Shown: piece by piece, positions 1 through 8,119 of the stretch | Numbering within the stretch: the first letter of the stretch is position 1 | How the letters are laid out: the number at the start of each line of letters is the position of its first letter | From: an uncultured Candidatus Binatia bacterium | Lineage (GTDB): Bacteria; Desulfobacterota; Binatia; Bin18 | Direction: 5' to 3' | DNA: 64,000 nucleotides | Assembly: GCA_965247985.1 (NCBI GenBank) | Contig: OZ252051.1 | Coordinates: 3,973,045-4,037,044, forward strand | Translations under genes and position numbers: made by a program | Notes under the pieces: model-generated | Database searches by the model: none | What the model was told of the DNA's origin: nothing | Seen by the model: the letters and a program-made list of their open reading frames with translations, nothing else

Positions 1-62
1 CCGCCGCCGAGATTCAGCGTTTTCTCGGTAAGAACCAGGGCGAAAAGTCGAAAGACGTGTGA
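1..62 (+). CDS. 3' end of an unidentified upstream gene (partial)
   Basis: The frame is open from the window edge (...AAEIQRFLGKNQGEKSKDV) with TGA at 60-62. There is no start in the window. The last codons run into a heptad repeat element. Confidence 0.3.
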   Translation, partial: AAEIQRFLGKNQGEKSKDV

Positions 63-108
63 CTTTGGACGCTCTGGACTTGTGACCCTGGACTCTGGAC
101 TTATGAAA
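45..108. repeat. Heptad-periodic GACTTNN/TGGACTY element, locus A
   Basis: 7-nt periodic units: gactttg gacgctc tggactt gtgaccc tggactc tggactt (61-102). They are preceded by aagtcgaaag in the opposite orientation. The same unit type occurs at 1617-1736 and 29872-29940. Confidence 0.6.
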
Positions 109-249
109 AGCCGGGTCTCTTCCCACTTGCAATACAGGGCCGACTCGTATTATGCTTCCTCGTGTATGGACGACCCTCCATCTGATGGCCCGTGGTCTGA
201 GACTCAACTGCGGCTCCCCTTAGCCAGCCGGGAGGTGTGAAGCGCACGC

Positions 250-1599
250 ATGGAGAGTCCCGCCCTCGGTCTGCTGATCACATTCCTGCTGGTCCTGGCC
301 AACGCCTTTTTTGTCGCCGCTGAGTTTGCAATCGTCAAGGTTCGTGCGTCCCAGATCGAACTCCTGGTTCAGGCCGGCAGTCGAACGGCCAAGATGGGCC
401 AGTATCTCATCTCTCACCTCGATGCCTCCCTGTCGACGATCCAACTTGGCATTACCCTGGCTTCTCTGGGCTTGGGCTGGATCGGGGAGCCGATTGTGGC
501 CAAACTCATTATTGAAATTATGCACCTGGTTGGCCTGGAAGCCGACCCGGATTTGGCGCACAGTATCGCCCTGCCGGTTGCCTTTATCCTGCTCACATTT
601 CTTCTTATTGTCTTTGGCGAACTCGCCCCCAAAGCGCTCGCCATTCAGCACTCCCAATCAACAACGCTGGCGGTCGCCTTTCCGTTGTGGGTTTTTTATC
701 TGATCTTTTCGCCGGCGATTGTGGCCCTGAACTGGACCGCCAACCAAGTGCTACGGCTGTTTGGCATCAGGCCAGCGAGCGAAGCGGAGCATTATCATTC
801 GGGGGAAGAGCTACGCTTCCTGCTTGAGCAGGGCCGCGAGGGCGGCACGATCGAGGAGGAGGAGCACGAACTCATAGAGAACGTCTTTGAGTTTGGGGAG
901 ACCACTGTGCGGGAAATCATGGTTCCCCGGACCAATATCGCCGCCATTGAGGTTACCTCCTCCCGAAGTGAGCTAGTCAACTTGCTGGTGGAAGGCGGCT
1001 ATAGCCGGATACCGGTGTATGAAGATTCACTCGACAATATTATTGGCGTTGTGCACGCCAAGGACCTGATTACCCTCATGGAACATCGGGACCTGATCAT
1101 TCTGCGAGACCTCCTCCGACCCGCGTTCTTTGTGCCGGAGACGAAGCCGATCGACGATCTGTTGCGAGAGTTTCAACGCCGCAAGGTGCATCTTGCCATG
1201 GTTGTGGACGAGTTCGGCAGCACGGCCGGCCTGGTCACCATGGAAGACATTCTTGAGGAGCTGGTTGGAGAGATTCAGGACGAGCACGATAGCGAAAATC
1301 ACGATATTGAAAAAGTCTCCAATCAAACTTATATCGTCAACGCGGCCCTTTCTATTTCCGATGTCAACGATCACATTCATGAATTTGAGCTGCCCGAGGG
1401 GAACGACTACACCAGCGTGGGGGGCTTCATCAATAAGTGGCTCGGGCGTATCCCTGAGGTTGATGAGATATTCGAGTACAAGACTCTTCGCATGACCGTC
1501 CTCAAAACCGATAACCATCATGTCACCCAGGTCAAAATAGAAAAATTGTCAGATGTCACGCCCACGCCCTCCGCCCCCCTGCTACAAGAGGAAGTATGA
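250..1599 (+). CDS. HlyC/CorC (CNNM) family transporter: DUF21 membrane domain + CBS pair + CorC_HlyC C-terminal domain
   Basis: 449 aa. Hydrophobic N-terminus (LLITFLLVLANAFFVAAEFAIVKV), CBS-pair motifs (IMVPRTNI; VVDEFGSTAGLVTMEDILEELVGEI) and a C-terminal transporter-associated domain. Confidence 0.9.
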   Translation: MESPALGLLITFLLVLANAFFVAAEFAIVKVRASQIELLVQAGSRTAKMGQYLISHLDASLSTIQLGITLASLGLGWIGEPIVAKLIIEIMHLVGLEADPDLAHSIALPVAFILLTFLLIVFGELAPKALAIQHSQSTTLAVAFPLWVFYLIFSPAIVALNWTANQVLRLFGIRPASEAEHYHSGEELRFLLEQGREGGTIEEEEHELIENVFEFGETTVREIMVPRTNIAAIEVTSSRSELVNLLVEGGYSRIPVYEDSLDNIIGVVHAKDLITLMEHRDLIILRDLLRPAFFVPETKPIDDLLREFQRRKVHLAMVVDEFGSTAGLVTMEDILEELVGEIQDEHDSENHDIEKVSNQTYIVNAALSISDVNDHIHEFELPEGNDYTSVGGFINKWLGRIPEVDEIFEYKTLRMTVLKTDNHHVTQVKIEKLSDVTPTPSAPLLQEEV

Positions 1600-1616
1600 A
1601 GATTGACAAGGCATAA

Positions 1617-1736
1617 GGTCCGAAGTCGAAAGTCGGAAAGGCCAAAGTCCAAACGATGTGGAAAGGGGTATTTGACCCGCGACTTGTGACCTTTGACATG
1701 CGACTTGTGACTTGCGACTTCTTGACCTTCGACTTT
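1617..1736. repeat. Heptad-periodic GACTTNN element, locus B (inverted halves)
   Basis: The left half has AAGTC-type units (ccgaagtcgaaagtcggaaaggccaaagtcc). The right half has six phased 7-mers: gcgactt gtgacct ttgacat gcgactt gtgactt gcgactt (1679-1720). The element starts 18 nt after the stop at 1599. Confidence 0.65.
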
Positions 1737-1784
1737 ACAAATTCCAGGAAGTATAAAAATGGCACAAAATTACATTGAGGAAGC

Positions 1785-2051
1785 ATGACGCTCTCGGTGA
1801 CATTGTATTCTCGTCCTGGCTGCTGTTTGTGTGAAGACATGAAAGCGATTGTGGCTGAAGTACAGACCGACACAGCCTTCACCTTGACAGAAATCGATAT
1901 TTCAACCCAACCAGAACTCGAAGCCGGCTTTGGCCAGGACATTCCCGTGCTCTTTATCAACGGCCGGAAGGCATTCAAATATCGAGTCACAGCCAGGGCC
2001 CTGCGCCGTCGTCTGAGCCACCCTCTTCCTGAGGCGAGGCGTCTTCCATGA
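1785..2051 (+). CDS. Glutaredoxin-like protein (Glutaredoxin_2/DUF836 type)
   Basis: 88 aa. LYSRPGCCLCEDMK redox motif and IPVLFINGRK. Its stop overlaps the cutA start (ATGA). Confidence 0.75.
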   Translation: MTLSVTLYSRPGCCLCEDMKAIVAEVQTDTAFTLTEIDISTQPELEAGFGQDIPVLFINGRKAFKYRVTARALRRRLSHPLPEARRLP

Positions 2052-2374
2052 CGCCGGCCATCGTTGTCCTGGTCACGGTCAGCTCCGAGCGAGAAGCCGA
2101 GACCATTGCCACAGCCCTCCTGCATGAGCGCCTCGCCGCCTGTGTGAATGTGACCAGTCCGGTGCGGTCGCTCTATCGCTGGGAAGGGCGCATAGCGGAC
2201 GATCAGGAATGGCAGTTGGTCATCAAAACACAGGCGCGTCTCTTTGAGGCACTCGCGACTCGGGTTCGCGCCCTCCACGCCTATGACGTCCCCGAGATCA
2301 TCGCGCTGCCCGTTCTGGCCGGGACGGCAGAATATTTAGACTGGATTCAACGCGAGACACGCAACGAGCAGTGA
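2048..2374 (+). CDS. cutA: Divalent-cation tolerance protein CutA
   Basis: 108 aa. VVLVTVSSEREAETIATALLHERLAACVNV...YRWEG...DQEWQLVIKT...HAYDVPEIIALPV is the typical CutA1 pattern. Confidence 0.85.
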   Translation: MTPAIVVLVTVSSEREAETIATALLHERLAACVNVTSPVRSLYRWEGRIADDQEWQLVIKTQARLFEALATRVRALHAYDVPEIIALPVLAGTAEYLDWIQRETRNEQ

Positions 2375-2394
2375 CGAACGGAGCAACGGTCACT

Positions 2395-3192
2395 TTACCA
2401 CTCAGCCCAGCGATCATCTTCTTCTACGACAATGCTTTGCAGGCCAGCCTGAGCAACGCAGCGGGCCTGGTGTTCGGCGTGGACGCGTTCCGTGAACGGT
2501 CCGAGGCGCACTTGATAGTATCGCAACCGGCCGATTGACAACGGACTGATATACACTGACGAGAACCGCGGTGTTAAAGCGTGCTTCAACGCAAACGCTT
2601 TGTCTGCATCGGTGTACGAGCCAACTTGGACGGCATACAGGACGGCGCGCCGAGGGGTCGGAGCGGAGAGGACCTCTACGCGCACTGGCGCGGTCCCTGG
2701 GGTATACACGCCAATGCGTTTTGCCGCCGCAAAGGATAGGTCGATAATGCGGCCTTCCACAAAGGGGCCGCGGTCATTGATGCGGACTTCAACCGCCTGT
2801 CCACTCACAATGTTTGTCACTATCACACGGGTTCCCAGAGGCAGGCTGCGATGGGCCGCGGTCAGAGCGTACTGGTTATAGGTTTCACCGTTTGCCGTTC
2901 GCTTGCCATGGAATCCCGGTCCATACCATGAGGCGATTCCGGTCTGCACAAAAAGTGAAGGACGAACCACTCCAAACGGTGAAAGAGTGCCCTTCCTGAG
3001 CGGTGTCGAAGCGGCCAGTACCGCCGGGTCTGTCCGTGACTCAGGCGCTTGATGGATACGCATTGCCACAGAAGACGCAGGAGCGGTAGGAGAAAACCGA
3101 GCAGGCTGGACGGGCCGCGTCACAGAGCTGCTACACCCAGCTAGCATACTCATCAGCATCCACACTCCCCACATCCGTCCCTGCATGGACAA
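2395..3192 (-). CDS. rlpA: Septal ring lytic transglycosylase RlpA (DPBB domain + C-terminal SPOR domain), lipoprotein
   Basis: Lipobox MLAGCSS. DPBB motifs GIASWYGPGFHGKRTANGETY...TAAHRSLPLGTRVIVTN...VEVRINDRGPF. SPOR-like C-terminus (YAVQVGSY...YYQVRLGPF). Confidence 0.85.
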   Translation of the reverse strand: MSMQGRMWGVWMLMSMLAGCSSSVTRPVQPARFSPTAPASSVAMRIHQAPESRTDPAVLAASTPLRKGTLSPFGVVRPSLFVQTGIASWYGPGFHGKRTANGETYNQYALTAAHRSLPLGTRVIVTNIVSGQAVEVRINDRGPFVEGRIIDLSFAAAKRIGVYTPGTAPVRVEVLSAPTPRRAVLYAVQVGSYTDADKAFALKHALTPRFSSVYISPLSIGRLRYYQVRLGPFTERVHAEHQARCVAQAGLQSIVVEEDDRWAEW

Positions 3193-3292
3193 CGGTTATA
3201 CAGAAAGGCAATGGAGGCAGCAATGAGCCGTATCGTCTCTCCCCGCCTCCATTGCTTGTCCTCATGCTGTTTCCCGTGTACCATGCAGAGCC

Positions 3293-3997
3293 ATGGCGGG
3301 CTTCAATACGCCTTTTCGCCAACTCAAAAAGACGCTCAGGCCATCCATAGCGGAGCGAGCCTCAACCACCTCGGCTTTACCCAGGAGTACGCCCAATCCC
3401 GCTGGAAATACTGAGGAAAGCCCCACGGACCTTTTCCAGCGGGAAATGCGAGATGTCACCCGGCTCAAGCAGGACTCGCGTGTCAGCAATGCGCCACCAG
3501 CCGTCACCCGCCGTTCTCCGCAAGAAGGGGAGAACGAAGCCATTGCCGAGTTGTATGACCTCGTCGCCGGGCGGAGTGACTTTGATGTCACGGATACCGA
3601 CGAGTATGTCGAGGGCTGTGTCGTTGGCCTTGATACGCGTTTGGTCCAGAAGCTCAGACAAGGAGAATTTGCACGCCAGGCAGTCTTGGACTTACATGGG
3701 ATGAAGACCGCTGAGGCCAAGCCCGAGCTGGAGCAGTTTCTCAGTCGGGCCACCCAGGCTGGCGTCCGCTGCGTCCTCATCATTCATGGCCGCGGCAAAA
3801 ACTCGCCGGGGCAATTCCCGATCCTCAAGGATAAGCTGAAACAGTGGCTCACCCGAGGCCGGCTGGCCAAACTGGTATTGGCCTTTGCCAGCGCCCGTAT
3901 CCATGATGGCGGACCCGGTGCTATGTATATCCTGCTGAGACGAAAACGAGGCCAGAAAAGGCCCATCCTGATTTTGGAGGGAGCCAAGCGTGAGTGA
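3293..3997 (+). CDS. Smr domain-containing protein
   Basis: C-terminal Smr motif LDLHGMKTAEAKPELEQFL...VRCVLIIHGRGKNS...LKDKLKQWL. Confidence 0.8.
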   Translation: MAGFNTPFRQLKKTLRPSIAERASTTSALPRSTPNPAGNTEESPTDLFQREMRDVTRLKQDSRVSNAPPAVTRRSPQEGENEAIAELYDLVAGRSDFDVTDTDEYVEGCVVGLDTRLVQKLRQGEFARQAVLDLHGMKTAEAKPELEQFLSRATQAGVRCVLIIHGRGKNSPGQFPILKDKLKQWLTRGRLAKLVLAFASARIHDGGPGAMYILLRRKRGQKRPILILEGAKRE

Positions 3998-5279
3998 AAG
4001 TCGTCCGCTGGGTCAGCACGGCCAGCCAGCCTCTTCCAACGCCTCTCGTGCTCCTCAACCTATCCAGCTTGCTTATATTGGGCCAGACGGGCAAATCTTT
4101 GTGCGCCGCTTCCCGTCAGACACGGCCCACCAACTCACTTGGAGCTGGCACGCTCAGCAAGCTCAGCACATTTGGCAGAACCCTCAGGACCCGGCCGAGT
4201 CGCAGCCGGCCCCACCCCCCATGACCTATGCCTGGCCGACCTGGTCGCCCGATAGTAAACAGCTCGCCTGCTTTGCCCGGCACGGTGAAGGCGGGCCGGC
4301 CAGTGTGCATACGGTGTCAGCCGATGGCGTTGAATCCTGGGAACGGGCCAGCCTGGGGCAGGGAACTCCTATTTATGGCAACTGGTCACCCCAGGCTGAC
4401 ATATTTACCGTCCTGGTGCAGCGTGAAGCCCGCCAGCTTTCGCTAGAAACGATTGTCATGGCTCAGTCGGGCAAGACGCACACCCTGCTCAGCGGCGCGC
4501 CGCTCTTTTGGTCGTGGGCGCCGCGGGGGCCGCTTGTGGCCGCGCACGCCGGCGGCAACGCCACTGCCGGGCGGGTCGTGCTGATTGAGACCACCACGGG
4601 AGACATCGTCCGAGAGATCAGTATCAGTCCGGGTACCTTCCGCGTTCCGGTCTGGTCCCCAGACGGCGATTTACTCACCTATGTGGAGCGGAATGCAGAG
4701 GGCGTCCAGACCTTACGGCTCTTCGATATCCAGAGTGGAGAGAGCGCGCCCATTAGCCACACAAGCGGTCTGACGTCCGCCCTGTGGTCACCGGACGGGC
4801 AGGCCCTGGCCTTTGGCGGGACACAACGCCAGGGCTCTCTGCTCTTTCCCTCGCTGCATATGCTCGACCTGTCCACTGGCCAGAGTACGCTCCTCCTCGA
4901 AACGCCAGTCGCAGGGTTCCTGTGGGCTCCACACGGGACCAGTCTGTTGTATCTGAGTGTAGACGTACAACACAGCCAGCTCAGGTGGCATCGGTATGAC
5001 CGGCTGACGGGAGAAAGCCTGGAACTGGTCCGGTTTCTGCCGAGCAGAGAACAAACGCTCCAGGTTTCATTTTTTGACCAGTATGCCGCCTCTCACCCCT
5101 TGCTCGCCCCGGATGGGACCATGCTGACGTTTACCGGTCACATTCCCGGACCGGCTGCAACCCGCACCACTACCTCTCCCACGGTCTATACTCTGCCCCT
5201 CACGCCGCCCTTTACTCCACAGGCTATCGCAGCGGGCTCCTTTGCCTGCTGGAATATGGGAGCCAAGACCGCCATCTGA
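3990..5279 (+). CDS. PD40/TolB-like beta-propeller repeat protein
   Basis: Repeated WSPD motifs (WSPDSKQLA, WSPDGDLLTY, WSPDGQALAF). GTG start overlaps the smr stop by 8 nt. No obvious signal peptide. Confidence 0.7.
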   Translation: MSESRPLGQHGQPASSNASRAPQPIQLAYIGPDGQIFVRRFPSDTAHQLTWSWHAQQAQHIWQNPQDPAESQPAPPPMTYAWPTWSPDSKQLACFARHGEGGPASVHTVSADGVESWERASLGQGTPIYGNWSPQADIFTVLVQREARQLSLETIVMAQSGKTHTLLSGAPLFWSWAPRGPLVAAHAGGNATAGRVVLIETTTGDIVREISISPGTFRVPVWSPDGDLLTYVERNAEGVQTLRLFDIQSGESAPISHTSGLTSALWSPDGQALAFGGTQRQGSLLFPSLHMLDLSTGQSTLLLETPVAGFLWAPHGTSLLYLSVDVQHSQLRWHRYDRLTGESLELVRFLPSREQTLQVSFFDQYAASHPLLAPDGTMLTFTGHIPGPAATRTTTSPTVYTLPLTPPFTPQAIAAGSFACWNMGAKTAI

Positions 5280-5522
5280 TTCGGATGCCGCCATGGATAC
5301 GGAAGCGTATCTCCTGGGAGCGCGCCGCAGAATGACGATATTTATGACGAGGGCATGAAATGGCTCAACAGCCTCGCCGGTGAGCCGTCACGGGACGGTG
5401 AGCAGGTCGTCCGGTTTTCGGACGAGGTCTAGAAGTCCACTCCCAGAAAGCGAAGGGAAGCCGACAGATACGCGGTAACGAATTACGTGCTCTCCGACGA
5501 CGCCAACGCAGGAGGCGATAAG

Positions 5523-5714
5523 ATGGACAGGAATACATATCCCACGGGCTGGAATAAGCAACGTGTCCAGGAGGTTCTTGACCACATCGAAACCCGGACG
5601 GAAGAAGAGACTATCGCCGAAGACGAGGCCGCCTTCGAGCAGGATTACACTGCGATGCAGGTTCCCCGCAAACTGGTGCCTGTCGTGCGCCAACTCATCG
5701 CCCTGATGGAGTAG
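5523..5714 (+). CDS. Small hypothetical protein (63 aa)
   Basis: ATG at 5523 lies 8 nt after AGGAGG. Acidic, helical sequence (TEEETIAEDEAAFEQDY). Function unknown. It sits at the edge of the TA/defence islet. Confidence 0.4.
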   Translation: MDRNTYPTGWNKQRVQEVLDHIETRTEEETIAEDEAAFEQDYTAMQVPRKLVPVVRQLIALME

Positions 5715-5774
5715 CTGGTATCGGTTCTTTCGATGAAGATGGCATATTTCACAGAGACACCGTAGCGGCTCCAG

Positions 5775-5987
5775 TCACAAAAGCTTGCGGAATTCTTCAA
5801 TGGTTAATCCTGCGGCCCTCACAATTCCCCCCATAGTAAAGGCATTCACAGGATTATTTCTTGGAACAGTCAGAATACGCACTCCATCTGTCATGATGAT
5901 GTGCTTGCCCTGACGTGCAATGCGAAAACCCGCTTTTTCCAAAGCTCGCACCGCAGCGAGATGGTTGACGCCCGGAATCTTGGGCAT
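5775..5987 (-). CDS. hicA: Type II toxin HicA (mRNA interferase)
   Basis: 70 aa. VRALEKAGFRIARQGKHIIM...ILTVPRNNPVNAFTMGGIVRAAGL is the YcfA/HicA pattern. It lies 2 nt downstream of hicB. Confidence 0.85.
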   Translation of the reverse strand: MPKIPGVNHLAAVRALEKAGFRIARQGKHIIMTDGVRILTVPRNNPVNAFTMGGIVRAAGLTIEEFRKLL

Positions 5988-5989
5988 GT

Positions 5990-6193
5990 TTATATGGCTA
6001 CTTCGATTTCTCGGACTTCGACGTCCTCCAACAGGTCTTCTACGACGCTGAGATATTCACGGATGGCGTCTTCGATATTGGCAAGGGCCTCTGCTTCTGT
6101 TTTTCCCTGGGACCAACAACCGGGCAAGCCGGGTATCGACACACTATAGCCTTCGTCCGATTGGTGAAGGGCAATTTTGTATCTCATGGTCAT
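5990..6193 (-). CDS. hicB: Type II antitoxin HicB (UPF0150)
   Basis: The internal start MTMRYKIALHQSDEGYSVSIPGLPGCWSQGKTEAEALANIEDAIREYL lies 8 nt after AAGGAG. The longer track ORF (to 6292) adds a non-homologous leader. Confidence 0.85.
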   Translation of the reverse strand: MTMRYKIALHQSDEGYSVSIPGLPGCWSQGKTEAEALANIEDAIREYLSVVEDLLEDVEVREIEVAI

Positions 6194-6555
6194 GATCGAT
6201 ACTCCTTTCAGAGTGGATGCTGCCGCGGGAAATATCAAGAAGAGCCCTCTCCCCACACCTGCCGGAACCTTCTTCTCAAAATGTTCTATCAATGCACGGT
6301 TCGCAGTGACAAGGGTGTGGCCCGCTTTGGGCTTGGCAACATTTTCTATTTTTCTTGCTATTCCAACATCGATATGCCACGGCGTGTATTGGCTTACAGG
6401 CAGACTTGTTATCGTGTATCGCGATATAAGACAGAATGTCAGGGTGCGCTCGCTCCCTGGCTATCCTTGAACAACGCTAGATATCGTTAGCTATCGTTCT
6501 CTAGGGTTTCGTTTCGCACAGGAGTGCCTGTAAGCCTTCTCTTGAGAACTAACCT

Positions 6556-6717
6556 ATGGCCGACTTGGAGAAGTTGCGGGCAGCCCGAACATTGAAGGAT
6601 GTCGCGCCTATTCTCGGTGTACAACCGAAAACAGTTTCATATCTACTGTATAAGTTACCAGAAACAGAAAAGTACAACTCTTTTGAAATCCCAAAACGTA
6701 ATGGTGGGAAGCGGCCA
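6556..6717 (+). pseudogene. 5' stump (about 54 codons) of a retron-type / group-II-like reverse transcriptase
   Basis: LEKLRAARTLKDVAPILGVQPKTVSYLLYKL...YNSFEIPKRNGGKRP is the characteristic N-terminus that precedes RT motif 1. Similarity stops at about 6717. No RT motifs follow. Confidence 0.6.
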
Positions 6718-7088
6718 GCGATGGCATCATCAATGCCGCCGAGAAGCATCTGATGCAAAAGCAGGAGCAGGTCTTGGTTCAGTTCGCTGTCTTGCGCCCT
6801 CATGCGTTTATATTCGGTAACGCGGGCCAGGCTTTTCGCTTCAAAGACTTCCCGCATAGAGACATTCCGAGACAACACCTGCTCCAGTAGGATTCTTTCC
6901 GTCTCCCCGAGCGTGAGGGTCGAGTTCTCGATCGCGTTCGAGTTGTACACGCTCTCGGCTATCTCCACTTCATCAATCATCGACAGCAGCGATTCCTTGC
7001 CCTGGCTCACGGTATCGTACTCCCGTTTCAGGGTCTGGATACGGGTCTTTATCGGGCGTGAGGTTGCCATGACATTATTATATTCCAT
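6709..7088 (-). pseudogene. 5' portion (about 125 codons) of a Fic/DOC family gene, lacking the catalytic HxFx(D/E)GNGRxxR region
   Basis: YNSNAIENSTLTLGETERIL...LHQMLLGGIDDAIAGRF is the typical Fic N-terminal region. After GRF the frame is merely the antisense of the RT stump. Confidence 0.6.
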
Positions 7089-7214
7089 TCACTCCATATT
7101 GCCAAAAAAGAGTGAAGGGAACGCATTTTATACCTCCTATTCACTCTTTTTTACGCGAAACGTGGAAATCCTTATCCCGCAAACTGATTGAGGGAGACGT
7201 AATCCTTGACGTAC

Positions 7215-7343
7215 TCAGGAATCAGGTATGGTGACGCTGGGCTCAAGGCGAATAGTCGCCGACTTGTCGCCATCGGCAAAGAAGCGCCAGCCGGCTGCTT
7301 CAAGTAGCGTATTGATCTTGATACGGGCCGTGGATTCGTTCAT
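7215..7343 (-). pseudogene. 42-codon N-terminal stump of a restriction-enzyme/helicase (HsdR/Res-type N-terminus)
   Basis: MNESTARIKINTLLEAAGWRFFADGDKSATIRLEPSVTIPDS, then TGA. The E..TR.KI...L..AGW motif is the usual N-terminus of type I/III restriction R subunits. Not in the ORF track because it is too short. Confidence 0.45.
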
Positions 7344-7423
7344 TCCATAGTCACCCTACACATGTTGTGCTATGTTTCCTCTTCATAATATAAATTTCCA
7401 AATCCCATAAATCATAGTCCATC

Positions 7424-8083
7424 ATGGTCCACATTCTCCCCTCGATCCTATCCGCCGACTTTCGCTGTCTCGGACAACAAATTGCCGAGGTCGAGCAGGC
7501 TGGAGCAGACCGCATCCACGTCGATGTGATGGATGGCCGTTTTGTTCCAAACATCACGATTGGGCCGCTGATTGTCGAGGCGGCCCGCAAGAGTACAACC
7601 TTACCGCTCGACGTACACTTGATGATTGTTGAGCCCGAACGCTATCTCGCCGATTTTGCGAGCGCCGGGGCTGATATCATCCTGGTTCACCAGGAAACCT
7701 GCCCCCATCTGCACCGCACCCTTGAGCAGATTAAACGGCTCGACAAGCAAGCCGGTGTGGTCCTCAATCCCGGCACCTCGATTACCACGCTGGAAGAAGT
7801 GATCGACAGCGTTGACCAGGTCCTCATCATGAGTGTGAATCCCGGTTTTGGCGGGCAGCGCTTTATTGGTTCGAGTGTGGAGAAAGTCCGTCGCCTCCAT
7901 CATCTGTTGCAAGAACGCGGAGCCCAGGCAGCAATTGAGGTTGACGGCGGTATTGATGCGACAACGGCCCCGTCAGTTGTTGCCGCAGGGGCCTCTCTGC
8001 TTGTTGCCGGTTCTGCCGTATTCGGGGCTCCAGGCGGGCCGGGCGAGGGCGTGCGGCAGCTTCGCGCCAGCCTTTCACAATAG
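7424..8083 (+). CDS. rpe: Ribulose-phosphate 3-epimerase
   Basis: 219 aa. PSILSADF...[17 protein letters not shown]...DVHLMI...[13 protein letters not shown]...EVDGGI motifs. Confidence 0.95.
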   Translation: MVHILPSILSADFRCLGQQIAEVEQAGADRIHVDVMDGRFVPNITIGPLIVEAARKSTTLPLDVHLMIVEPERYLADFASAGADIILVHQETCPHLHRTLEQIKRLDKQAGVVLNPGTSITTLEEVIDSVDQVLIMSVNPGFGGQRFIGSSVEKVRRLHHLLQERGAQAAIEVDGGIDATTAPSVVAAGASLLVAGSAVFGAPGGPGEGVRQLRASLSQ

Positions 8084-8119
8084 ACGTAGAGGCTGGGCAG
8101 TGCTCAATATCTCCTCTGC

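Noticed and set aside
1617-1736. Heptad repeat blocks as a CRISPR array or minisatellite coding repeat
   Set aside because: The units are only 7 nt long, with no spacers of unique sequence and no cas genes. They lie outside, or at the very end of, coding frames.
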